A stretch of DNA of 37,810 bases from NCBI RefSeq assembly GCF_001194135.2, contig NC_068997.1, forward strand, positions 19,037,443-19,075,252, read 5' to 3'. The notes under the pieces are model-generated. The model saw nothing but the letters and a program-made list of their open reading frames with translations. It was not told where the DNA came from and did not search any database. The first letter of the stretch is position 1, and every line of letters starts with the position of its first letter. Position numbers and translations under genes: made by a program. The DNA is from Octopus bimaculoides. Taxonomy: Eukaryota. Positions 22,674 through 33,851 of the stretch are shown here, in pieces.

Positions 22674-23470
22674 TTAACATCCACTTTCTATACTGGCATG
22701 GGATAGATTGTATGACTAGAACTTATGAGCCGGAGAGCTGCACCAGATTCCAGTCTAATTTGGCATGGTTTCTACAGCTGGCTGCCCTTCCTAACACCAA
22801 CCACTCCAAGAGTGTAATGGGTGCTTTTGCATGCCACCTGCATGGGTGCCATTTACATGACACCAGCAACAACCATGACTACGATTTATGGGTGGGTGCC
22901 ATTTACATGACATCAGCAACAACCATGACTACGATTTATGGGTGGGTGCCATTTACATGGTATTGGCAGTGACCATGACTAGGGTTCATAGGTACCATTT
23001 GTATAGCACCAGCAACAACTATGACTCACAGATGCCATTTACATGGCATTGCCAATGACCATGATTCCTGGGTACCAATTTACATGGCACCATAGTCATG
23101 GCCATGACTAAGATGTGCAGGTGTCATTTACATGGCACTGGTATAAGCCATGAGGATTCACAGATGTCATTTACATGGTACCATCAACAACCATGACTAT
23201 GATGCATGGGTGTCGTTTACATGGCACTGGGAGTGAATGACCATGACTATGATTTACAAGTGCCATTTACATGGCACTAGCATGGCCACAACTACAATTT
23301 CACTTGGCCTGACAAGTCTTCTCATGCACAACATATTGCCAGAGTTCTCAGTCACTTGTCATCACCTCTGAGAGGCCCAACGTTTGAAGATCATGCTTCA
23401 CCCCTTGTCCCATGTCTTCCTAGGTCATCCTCTTCCGCAGGTTCCCTCCACAGTTAGAGATCAACACTTC
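22640..23470 (-). mobile_element. Reverse copy of the (GAT)n-tailed RTE-associated repeat, with RTE 3' sequence and an expanded minisatellite
   Basis: Starts with (CAT)n and tttctacagctggctgcccttcctaacaccaaccactc; ends with the reverse complement of the RTE C-terminus (23300-23470). Confidence 0.7.
22844..23300. repeat. Diverged minisatellite, about 10 units of 40-50 bp, core GTGCCATTTACATGGCAC
   Basis: The core recurs in each unit (perfect at 23260-23277); the first two units are nearly identical. Confidence 0.85.
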
Positions 23471-23484
23471 TTTATGCAGCTGTC

Positions 23485-23487
<3 letters not shown>

Positions 23488-23561
<74 letters not shown>

Positions 23562-23565
23562 CACA
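23488..23565. repeat. (CA)n microsatellite
   Basis: Direct dinucleotide run. Confidence 0.95.
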
Positions 23566-24456
23566 GAGGGAAAGTAACTAGGCATTAGAAATTGCATAAA
23601 GAATTTTTAGTATCACTGAAGTCATGACAAAAACATTTTTTAAACAGACAACACTAATGAGGATTTCTTATTTTCTTATTGTCTCATTTCTTGTTTCCAG
23701 ATGGCCAGTCACTTGACTGTTCAGGAGCAAGCTAAGATAGCAGTACACTATGAAGTGTGGAATTCCATTGTTTTCACAGATGGTGGCGTGTATGGAAAGG
23801 TAATCATACAACACTACGTCCAGAGACAATAAAACGTTGTCTGCAAAGTTGATGACCACAGGCTCTGTGAATGATGCAAGAAGAAGTGGCCATCCAACCA
23901 CATCCCAGTCACAAGAAAACGTGGCAACAATGCAACAAATGTTTAATAGCAGCCTGCAAAAATCAATATGTCAAGCAGCTCATGAAAGTGGACTAACAAG
24001 GCACACAATACATACGGTGTTGCATAAAGAATTGAATTTTTGTCCATGGAAACTCCATTACATGCAGGAGCTAAAACTTAAAGACTGTAACTGCAGAAAT
24101 CCAGAACTCCAGAACTCCAAGAAGTCCAGATCTCACTCCATGTAATTTTTATCTGTGAGGTTACACAAAAAAGGAAGTGTACAAGACAAAACCCCACACA
24201 CTGGGGGACTTGAAGACATGGATTCAGGAGGTTCTCATTGATATCCCAGATGATGTCCTTCAGATGGTTGGACATTCCATCCCTGGCTGTTTGAAGAAAC
24301 TGGCTGACGCCATCGGTTCTTATGTTGAAATATAAAGATTTACTTTCATTTTCCCATGTAATAGAAAACATGTATCATTTGTTTCAATAAATTTGTAAAA
24401 GGAATATGGATTTTATTACCAATTTATCAATGCCTACTTACTTTTCACCCACCCTG
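23564..24456 (+). mobile_element. Internally deleted Tc1/mariner element (DD41D rosa/Visitor-like or DD37D)
   Basis: Right TIR (reverse complement CAGGGTGGGTGAAAAGTAAGTAGGCATT) followed by TA; degenerate left TIR aaagtaactaggcatt; fragments KLMTTGSVNDARRSGHPTTS...KSICQAAHESGL...LHKELNFCPWKL and RSPDLTPCNFYL. Confidence 0.75.
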
Positions 24457-24477
24457 TATATATGTATATATGCATGT

Positions 24478-25925
24478 GTGTAGGAGGATGCTCTAAAAGC
24501 ATAGTTGCTAGAATAAGAATCAGCTGGGCAAAGTTCAGAGAAGTATTACTTTTTCTGGTCAAAGAACCTCTCCTTCAGAGTGAAAGGCACATTGTATAAT
24601 CCCTGTATAAGAACAACTATATATTGGGTCATCTCATAAATAACGTGGTTTTTTCAATTGCTTTAACTAAAAGTCGAAGGGATAAATTAATTGCATCAAC
24701 TTGCTATAAAATCAAGTTGTAATTTTACCTTGTACTTATTCTTAGTGCACATTTTGAAAAGTGCAGTTCAATTTTAACAGTTATTTTCCCAAAGCTATAA
24801 TAGAAGTGACAAAGGAGCATATCCAGTATATTTTATTTTATGAGTTCAATAAAGGCAACAATGAAAATGGAAAGTACAAGGAATATTAATGCAGCATATG
24901 GGGATCGGACGATAAGCATAAGCCAGTGTCAATGGTGGTTCCAGAAATTCCGAGCTGGAAACTGCAGCCTAGAAGACGAGCCTCATCCTCGAAGATCTGT
25001 AGAGCTTGATGAGGACATTCTGCAAACCCTGGTGGAACAAGATCTCATTGTAACCATTGAGGAGCTAGCAGAGAAGCTTGCATTTGGTTATTAAACCATT
25101 CATTGACACCTGCACTAGAAGAAAAATGACCATCTTTGGTTTCAAGATGAAAGGTGTTCTTCCATCAGGATCATGCTCACCCACAAACAGCAAGGATGAC
25201 ATTTCAAAGGCTGGAGCAATTTGAATGGGAAACGATGCCCCACCCACAATATTTGCTGGACATTGTCCCATCTGATTATTATTTATTCTGTTGTCTTCAA
25301 AATCATTTGGACAGAAAAAATATGAATTCTGTGGACAAGGTCAGAACAGTACTGGGGGAATATTTTTCCACACAGACAAGTGAATTTTGGAAGAGAGACC
25401 TTGCAAGTCTAAAAGATAGATAGAAGAGCATTGTAGAAAAATATATTTTAGATTAAAAAAGAACTTTGTTTATCTTAATTTTGAAAAATAAAAGAAGTAT
25501 TAAAAAAAATGGCATTATTTATGGGATGACCTAATAAATGGTAGTGAAACAAGGGCTGTGACTACAAAGGACATACGAAGGCTTTAAAGAAATGCAGTCA
25601 GCATGCTCCAATGTGAGTGTGCATGTACAAATAAGGGCAAATGTTTTAAGAGAAAAATTGAGTATAAGAGGCATTAGATGTAGTGTGCAAGTGAGAAGAT
25701 TGCGCTGGTTTGGTCATGTGATGCATATGGATGAGGACAGCTGCATAAAGAAGAACTGATCTCTAAATGTGGATGGAACGTGTGGAAGAGAGAGACTTAA
25801 GAAGGCATGAGATGAAACAGTGAAAAATGATCTTCAGATATTCAGCCTCACAAGGGAGATGACAAAACACAAAGATGATAGGCAATTTGTTGTGCTTGAG
25901 AAGACTTGTTCAGCTGAGTAAATTC
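24478..25925 (+). mobile_element. RTE LINE 3' fragment (24478-24623 + 25535-25925) split by a mariner insertion
   Basis: GGCSKSIVARIRISWAKFRE before the insertion continues into NGSET-AV...RLRWFGHVMHMDEDSCIK...GTCGR after it. Confidence 0.8.
24624..25534 (+). mobile_element. mariner (DD34D) element, 911 bp, internally deleted
   Basis: 22-bp TIRs (19/22 match, TTRGGTCATCYCATAAATAAYG), TA on both flanks; fragments TRNINAAYGDRTIS...WFQKFRAGNCSLEDEPHP and FHQDHAHPQTA...HPQYLLDIVPSDYYLF. Confidence 0.92.
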
Positions 25926-26285
25926 GAGTGTATAGAGACATGTCATTTATGTCTATTCCCCTTGTACACAATCTGTCCCTGACAAACACCCCAACACATC
26001 CTGTCTTCCTAACATCCCAAATTGGCTTCACTATATTTCTCTCTCTCTTTGCATCCTTGTGAACCTACTTGCATTCAATAAGCCTCTATTGAACCTCTTC
26101 CCTACAACATATTCCTAACACTCCCTCCTTCTACTTCTGTCCATTCCATACATTCTTTCTCCTCCATCTCCCACTCTCATTTTGCAACATCACAAACTTA
26201 CCCAATCCTTGACTCCACTTATATATACCTCCCTGTAACTTTACGCTCAACCACATGTCCACACGTGGCCAAATATTTGCTACGT

Positions 26286-26530
26286 TTTTGGTCCCCCTGA
26301 GTTTACTGATAGGACTTGCTTTCTATTTTTGTGTCTATGTATAAGCTTTTTGTCTCTCTATACTTATTATTTACATTTCTTATATATTTTTTAATATTTT
26401 TACTGATAGGACCTGCTGATAGGACTGTACTGATAGGATTTGCTTTCTATATTGTGTCTATGTATAAGCTTTTTACCCTTCTATACTTTTTACTTGGATT
26501 TTATATTTTTATATATTTAAAAAAATTTTT
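26286..26530 (+). repeat. Local tandem duplication of about 125-130 bp plus short tgataggac repeats
   Basis: tactgataggacttgctttctat.tt.gtgtctatgtataagcttttt occurs at about 26304 and 26429. Confidence 0.7.
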
Positions 26531-27141
26531 TATATTTTTTACATAATTATAGAGTTAATGCTTTTGTATTTTTTCCACACATATTTTTCTGTTTTCTCCC
26601 CTCCACCCTGTTTTTTCCATGTACGTCTATAGACACGTAATGGAACCTTATATGTGCGCGCTCGTGAGTGTCTGCGTGTGTGCGGGTGCGTTCATATATA
26701 GATATATATGCATGCATGCGATAATATGCGCAGTTTTAGACGCGCTTTAACCTTATAGCTTTCCCACACTGTTTCTTGTTTTTAGCCCTATATAAAATAA
26801 ATTTTTTTGCGTGCGTGTGTATAGGTGCAGAGTTGTTGTGTGCGTGTGAGTATGGATGTGTATGCGTGTATATATATACATGTGTACATATATGTATAGT
26901 CTTTAGCGAATGTATGGGTGAGCATGAGTGTGTTTACATACATGTATAGTTTTTTGGCGAGTATGTGGGTGAGCATATGTGTGTTTAAAGCGAGGGTGGT
27001 TTTAGTATATAAGTATAGGCGGATGGACGGATTGGTGTGCTTACGCGAACCTACGGTTTTTTCAAATAAGCTATGTAGCATTCTTCTCTACTCGCAGTTG
27101 TCATTCAGTAATAATGTCTTACGGTTGAGTTGATTTTTATG

Positions 27142-27233
27142 TATTTCCCTGAAGAGAAGATTACTTTTTTCTCAACATCATTCATTCCTTTGGAATGAAC
27201 CAATTGTAATTTTCGAAACATATGTCGGAAATA
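27142..27233 (+). ncRNA. Type I hammerhead ribozyme, intact core (Penelope-pLTR type)
   Basis: Stem I TATTTCC/GGAAATA (7 bp), core CTGAAGA (27149-27155), stem II GAAGATTAC/GTAATTTTC (9 bp, one G-U), GAAA (27215-27218), self-complementary stem III ACATATGT, GUC cleavage triplet 27224-27226, then AATAAA 27230-27235. Confidence 0.85.
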
Positions 27234-28679
27234 AAAGAAATCATTTAATACATGCGTATAACTCCATTTATTTAATCTTGTATTTATTCAAAATACCTCA
27301 GATTAACAGGTTGTTTCTACCTCATAAACAGGAGTTACACCAAAGTTATTTTGTGAGCTTTGCTACCCTGGNNNNNNNNNNNNNNNNNNNNNNNNNNNNN
27401 NNNNNNNNNNNNNNNNNNNNNNNNNNNNNNNNNNNNNNNNNNNNNNNNNNNNNNNNNNNNNNNNNNNNNNNNNNNNNNNNNNNNNNNNNNNNNNNNNNNN
27501 NNNNNNNNNNNNNNNNNNNNNNNNNNNNNNNNNNNNNNNNNNNNNNNNNNNNNNNNNNNNNNNNNNNNNNNNNNNNNNNNNNNNNNNNNNNNNNNNNNNN
27601 NNNNNNNNNNNNNNNNNNNNNNNNNNNNNNNNNNNNNNNNNNNNNNNNNNNNNNNNNNNNNNNNNNNNNNNNNNNNNNNNNNNNNNNNNNNNNNNNNNNN
27701 NNNNNNNNNNNNNNNNNNNNNNNNNNNNNNNNNNNNNNNNNNNNNNNNNNNNNNNNNNNNNNNNNNNNNNNNNNNNNNNNNNNNNNNNNNNNNNNNNNNN
27801 NNNNNNNNNNNNNNNNNNNNNNNNNNNNNNNNNNNNNNNNNNNNNNNNNNNNNNNNNNNNNNNNNNNNNNNNNNNNNNNNNNNNNNNNNNNNNNNNNNNN
27901 NNNNNNNNNNNNNNNNNNNNNNNNNNNNNNNNNNNNNNNNNNNNNNNNNNNNNNNNNNNNNNNNNNNNNNNNNNNNNNNNNNNNNNNNNNNNNNNNNNNN
28001 NNNAAAGGAAAAATATATATATATATATAGAAATAAAAATGAAAATGGAAGGACAATATCCTAAGGAGTGGCTAGAGGAAATTTAAGGTAAGGGTATTTA
28101 GGTCAAGATATTGGAGAATTATTAAGAATATATCTATTCATCTGTATATTTAGAATAATACAATAATCTAAAGTACTGAAATTAAAACCATAGAGAACAT
28201 TAATAGTTAAATTAGAATAAGACAAACATTTATAGTTAAATTAGAAAAAGATATACATTTATGTGGGGTAGGAGAAGAGAGATATTATTTACAAGAAAAC
28301 CATAAGAAGAGAAGATATCAATGGCCAAAACAAATCAAAGTGAAAGGGGGTGGGGAAGAAGGAGAAGGAAAAAAGGGGAGGAATAAAGTTAGAAAATCAG
28401 GACTAAACTAAGAGTATTAAAGCTATGGTTTCAGAATTGATAAAATGGTAGAAGAGACTTAGAATAGCTAGAGAAATGTAGGAATATTATCAGTGGGTTG
28501 GGAAAGGTTAAAATGTATTCCAAAATTTTTATACTTTAAAGCTATAACTTAAATGAAGTAGTTAATAGTCTGGGATATGAAAGAGATTAAAATATATTAT
28601 TAGCAAGATTTACTTTTTAAAATATTTAAAGGTGCGAGAGTAACAATGTACACATAGAACCCTAAGGTCAGATCTATTG

Positions 28680-29590
28680 TTAATTAGATTAGGATTGTCC
28701 TTAAGTTTAAAAATTTCATAAATTTCCATAGAGCACAGTCCACAGCCGTATCTACTATTTCTATAGGGTTGTGCCCTCCTGATGATTTCCCATTTAAGGG
28801 TAAAATAGGCACGTTTTTCAATCCTTTAATGATAATCATTATTTTCAACACTTTCCCCGCAGCATTAACACACAACACAGCAGTAAAACGAGCTTTGGTA
28901 ACACCACAGTGACTTGCATCTACATTTTTATTGTCAACAAAGTCTACGGTTGTTGAACTCAACATGTCAACATATACAGGTGTTTCATCCATATTATAAA
29001 TCTGGTCAGCATCCTTATCTGCTGTTAATACTGGAATGCTATCTTGATGGTCACTGGCGATTTGTGCCTTTTCTCCAAGTGTTTTATTGTCTGCTTGACC
29101 AACATGTGTAATCTTTCTTACAGTCAGTTAATTCCATTTCATGAAATTGAAAATCCATTTATCAGAACATCTAAAGCTGTTCATTTCAATTCCAAACCTT
29201 TTTACCAATTCAAAAGTATATTCCTGTAAACGGCGATAATTTACAATTATATTGTTTGCACACCGAACAACAATCCACTGTAAGAGTTCAATCTCTAGAT
29301 CTCTATGCGCTGGTCCTCTACCTCCACCAATTGATCTGTGCCTCCTCTTGTCTGACAAATTGATTAACTCAGTTTCTTTTGTGCACCATTCTCTCAATTG
29401 TTTTCTATCAATACCTAAGTCTCTTGATGCAGCTGATAAATTGCCAGAATGTTCTTTCACTCATTTAATAGCACTCAATTTTTCACTAATGGTATATGAT
29501 CATTGAACATGTTTTGATATATTTTCTTTCAGCTCCATTTTGGGAATAAAAATCCTTTGAATTTATCTACAGATGTATTTACTCCACCAA
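28680..29590 (-). mobile_element. pogo-family (POGK-like) transposon remnant
   Basis: Brinker/CENP-B HTH-like segment (GNLSAASRDLGIDRKQLREW...LEIELLQWI...FRCSDKWIFNFM) and DDE_1 start (MDETPVYVDM...RFTAVLCVNAAGKVL); TA|CAGTAAATTTTGG terminus at about 29580; 3' end truncated. Confidence 0.85.
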
Positions 29591-30224
29591 AATTTACTGT
29601 ACAATAACGTAATGAAGCTTGCAACAAGATAATTAGTAATGACACATGTAAGGAACATTAACAGCAAGACAGTGGTTATTCCCTGGATATTGGTGTTACA
29701 AGTTGAGATATTCAAGGTAAATCAGATCATGTAGCAATGATGACAAATATAATCAGATCAGACAAGTAGCATGGGGCAGCTGACGAACTATCAGATAGCG
29801 GTAATCAATCAAAGGGTGTTGCATTACTCCTCTGATGAAATAAAGCTAGTGCCGAACAGAGCAAATGAATGTCTAAACAGAATGCAAACAAGACACTAAC
29901 TCTGTTTCAACTTTTAACCACAAATAACTGCCCAACCAAATAAACACCCATGGCGATCTAATGGATAGACGGATTTTCAGAAAACCCCGGTATATGTTAA
30001 ATAAAATGAGACAACAAAGCCAAAGCTGTGTGGAATTTTCAGGACATGTGAGTGTACATTTCTTGAAGAATGTACACACACGTGCAACCTTTAAAGGACA
30101 CAAAAATGTAAGCCTAAAGACTTACACTTTTTTCCCTTTTTCTTTTCCTTTTTCCTTTTTTCTCCTGTCAGTAGTCCTCTGATAAAGTCCAAATCATTCT
30201 AATGATCATTATTTACAGTATTTA

Positions 30225-30331
30225 CATTTAACGGATATTTGTCCTCATCTTGTTTGTTGAGGGCATATGGTGTAGTAGTTAAGAGCACAGGCTACTAACC
30301 CCAAGATTCCGAGTTTGATTCCAAGTAGTGA

Positions 30332-30369
<38 letters not shown>

Positions 30370-30520
30370 GTAATAATAACAACAACAACATCGAAAAATA
30401 CCTTAGGAATAAGAACCCAAGTTTGAAAATTCCCCAAGAAACCTGATGAAGGCTGGAGGGTGTATTAACCGGAATGTTGTGTTAACAACAAACAAGATGA
30501 GGACAAATATCCGTCAAATG
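30225..30520 (+). mobile_element. Composite non-autonomous element: 35-bp inverted repeats flanking a tRNA-like head, (AAT)n and a degenerate hammerhead
   Basis: 30225-30259 vs 30486-30520 match 34/35 as inverted repeats; A box TGGTGTAGTAG and B box GAGTTTGATTCC within 30261-30333; CTGATGA at 30443-30449. Confidence 0.7.
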
Positions 30521-30620
30521 NNNNNNNNNNNNNNNNNNNNNNNNNNNNNNNNNNNNNNNNNNNNNNNNNNNNNNNNNNNNNNNNNNNNNNNNNNNNNNNN
30601 NNNNNNNNNNNNNNNNNNNN

Positions 30621-31040
30621 CACGTTGCTCCAGTCCACTCAGCTGGCAAAAATGAAGAGTACCTGTATTTTAAAGGGCCAATCGTGTCACATTCTGTGTC
30701 ACGCTGAGTTACCCTGAGAACTATGTTAAGGGTACACGTATCCGTGGAGTACTAAGCCGTTTACAGGTTAATTTTCAGGATCGTGCTGTTCCGCTGATCC
30801 GATCAACCGGAACTCAAATCGTTGTAACCGACTGAGTACCGGTTACTTTCGAACGATGGCACCACGCAGGTTAGGTGGGCGGACCAACCGGTCCTGAACG
30901 CAATGCCACTTTTTCGTAGGGCTATTCATTTACAGCTGAAAGGACTTGGACAACGTGAAATGAAACATCCTGCTCAAGAACACAACAATAGGACCCGAAA
31001 CTGCGATCTTGCGATCGTGAGTGCAACACCCAGCCATGAT
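30621..31040. mobile_element. SINE fragments: (+) about 30621-30840 and (-) about 30845-31040
   Basis: ccactcagctggcaaaaatga..gtacctgtattt..aaagggcc block, then a reverse tgctcaagaacacaac...gaacc/gaaactgcgatcttgcgatcgtgagt tRNA-SINE-like segment. Family assignment from recall. Confidence 0.55.
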
Positions 31041-31059
31041 ACCATATATAAGACGAATA

Positions 31060-31268
31060 CGAGGGTGAGCTGAAAAGTTCCTGGCTTTAAGGGTCTTGCG
31101 AAAGACTTGGTTGGAGGGCCAGCCTTCTGAGTTCTTTTACAGAGTTTAGAAAAACTGAAAGACCGCTTCAATAAGTGTGTGAATCTGAGAGGAGAATATG
31201 TCGAATAAAACCATAATTAACTTATCCTCCTGTATATGTGACATATACCGAAGACCAGGAACTTTTCG
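31060..31268. mobile_element. mariner-derived MITE
   Basis: TA|CGAGGGTGAGCTGAAAAGTTCCTGG left TIR; right CCAGGAACTTTTC-G|TA with about 10 bp deleted; internal mariner C-terminal remnant (RFNKCVNLRGEYVE). Confidence 0.75.
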
Positions 31269-31929
31269 TAGAATTAATGCTTCTTCACCTCCCGCAACTA
31301 CTTTACGTTTCTCTTTGTGCTTTAACCATCCAGCCACATTATCAACTCATGCCTTGAAGTTGCGCTCATTTCACACAGACAGCTCACGCAACTTTCCTCC
31401 AATTTTCGCGATATATAAACCAGCAATTAAGTTAAAGGAAATATAATCGTGTGAGGTTTATGTATTTTGTTTCGTTGATTGATTGACAAATAACGAGAGA
31501 AAGAGAGACAGAGCGAGGGAGAGAGAGACAGAGACAGAAAGAGAGAAACTCACACCAACACAGATATATGTACGGGATGCAAATTTAAATGTGCCAAAAA
31601 TAGAAGATGATCTAACGTAACGTTAGGCAGCATTGGGCGGCGGCAGATTCCAATATGACAGAGGAAATGTAAAAACAGGAAGGAGTTTTGGCGAAATAAT
31701 AAGTTTCGAAGACATAAACAAATCAATATTAGCTTCAAGCAGTGGTGGGGAAGGGGGAAACACAATCACAAAGACACACATATACACACACACAAACACA
31801 CACACACATACTCACGAAGTATATATGTAGCAGTATATAGTAGAAGTTTCTAGCCATGGTACCGCGCACTAGGACTGAACTTCAAACCACCAAATTCCAA
31901 TGCGCGCTTCTTAAACCACACATCCATGC

Positions 31930-31960
<31 letters not shown>

Positions 31961-31975
31961 CTAAAGTAAACTTAC

Positions 31976-32134
31976 CAAAACAAAATGAAAACTTGGGTCG
32001 AATCTTAAAAGCCCGGAAGACGTATCGCTTTTAACTGTTTCCTTGTGGTAAACAAAATGTGAAGTGATTTGATAAATTCGGACAAACGAACTTGAATAAA
32101 GCGAGTAATGTGAATTGTGTGCCCGCGTAAGCAT
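31976..32134 (-). other. Candidate 5' exon of a minus-strand gene (possibly ETFBKMT)
   Basis: Strong donor TTTG|gtaagt at 31976/31975; open frame from ATG 32134 (53 codons, MLTRAHNSHYSLYSSSFVRIYQ...); ETS-type CCGGAAG at 32013-32019. No homology evidence. Confidence 0.3.
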
Positions 32135-32139
32135 ATCTA

Positions 32140-32203
<64 letters not shown>

Positions 32204-32662
32204 TGTNNNNNNNNNNNNNNNNNNNNNNNNNNNNNNNNNNNNNNNNNNNNNNNNNNNNNNNNNNNNNNNNNNNNNNNNNNNNNNNNNNNNNNNNNNNNNN
32301 NNNNNNNNNNNNNNNNNNNNNNNNNNNNNNNNNNNNNNNNNNNNNNNNNNNNNNNNNNNNNNNNNNNNNNNNNNNNNNNNNNNNNNNNNNNNNNNNNNNN
32401 NNNNNNNNNNNNNNNNNNNNNNNNNNNNNNNNNNNNNNNNNNNNNNNNNNNNNNNNNNNNNNNNNNNNNNNNNNNNNNNNNNNNNNNNNNNNNNNNNNNN
32501 NNNNNNNNNNNNNNNNNNNNNNNNNNNNNNNNNNNNNNNNNNNNNNNNNNNNNNNNNNNNNNNNNNNNNNNNNNNNNNNNNNNNNNNNNNNNNNNNNNNN
32601 NNNNNNNNNNNNNNNNNNNNNNNNNNNNNNNNNNNNNNNNNNNNNNNNNNNNNNNNNNNNNN

Positions 32663-32693
<31 letters not shown>

Positions 32694-33635
32694 ATATGTA
32701 TGCATGTATGCATGTATGTATGTATGCATGTATGTGTGTGCTTATACAGATATATATGTGTGTGTGTGTGTGTTAACGATTCTACCACCTTGCTGCCTTT
32801 TTGGTAATTAGTAATAATAAAAATTATTGATTCTTCGCTTTTAAGAATTGATTGATATTTGCATAGAATTGCGCTAAATCGTTTCGGTCTTGTATAGACG
32901 ACCATTCAACCTTTTATCTTTGTTATTGCAACTCCGACCTAAACTTGTAAATATTCAACATTTTACGAAGGAAAACGTTAAGAACTGTTCCCCCATTTTC
33001 TGAGTCTTGTCTCGTTAGTGGTAAGATGCCAGCTAAATGGTTGCGCTCACCAGATTTGATGCCCAGCCACGATAAATCAACTGAGCGTAATAGCGTTAGT
33101 GGAGCTTTGAGATAGATATACATTTTCCAAGTTAACAAGGATTTAACCAGATACTATAGCAGCTGTGGAGTAACTACTGTCCTTGACATAGATTGGAGCA
33201 AATTGTGAAAGTGGATCAACAGTGGTTGAGTGCATATCTTTTACGCTGTGAACTACTTCTTATCAAACGGAACATGATATCGAAGTGGAATACAATTATT
33301 TCCTGTTTTAGCTATTTCAATTGCTTTCCAGATGTAGTTGACAAATGAATAACACTTTGCACCGGATAGCTCGCTCCCTTTCCTGAAAACATGTCGTTCA
33401 CCTGGTTTGAACTTCGATTCACAACTACATCGTATTCGTATTTAATTTCATGGCACTATTTCATTGCCTGAGTGATTCTGATTCGCGCCACAACTTCATT
33501 ACACGCAATGAAAGTAAACACTCGGAACCACTACTTCAGACCGGCTTCAAATGTAATCTTGACCAATCGATGATTGTTAACCATGCACGTTCTCGCATTT
33601 TGTCGGGGTTTTTTTTTTTTTTTAATATAATAAAA

Positions 33636-33851
33636 TATTGATTTCAAATTTTGGTACAAGTCCAGCAATTTTGGGGGAGGAATAAGTCGATTACATTGAC
33701 CTCAGTGCTCAACTGGTATTCATTCTATCGACTCCATAAGGATTAACGGCAAAGTCAACTCCGACAGAATTTGAACTGAAAACGGACAGACGGAGGAAAT
33801 GCCGCTGAGCGTTTTGCCAGCGTACTAACGATTCTGCCAGCTTGCTACCTT
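33636..33851 (-). mobile_element. Copy of the second SINE family
   Basis: tttcaaattttggtacaag...aagtcgattacattgacc...ggcaaagtcaac...gaatttgaact...acgattctgccagct matches the 1951-2168 copy. Confidence 0.8.

Noticed and set aside
22844-23300. CRISPR array
   Set aside because: Eukaryotic context, no cas genes, linkers homologous to each other, and the array is embedded in a retro-repeat, so it is a minisatellite.
27340-27371. CCAGGG next to the gap as the end of the WPGGQ exon
   Set aside because: The frame gives PG*QSSQ and has no suitable donor; cannot be supported.
29873-30103. RSPWVFIWLGS as the missing ETFBKMT DPYWAxYWPGG exon
   Set aside because: Only superficial resemblance: no PGGQ and no phase-2 donor at the expected place.
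30261-30333. Functional tRNA gene
   Set aside because: A and B boxes are present but the acceptor and anticodon stems do not pair well, and it runs directly into (AAT)n and a repeat tail, so it is a SINE head. The same applies to the head at 850-916.
32923-33641. Short ORFs in the unique-looking 32780-33630 segment
   Set aside because: No motifs or splice support recognised; left unannotated.
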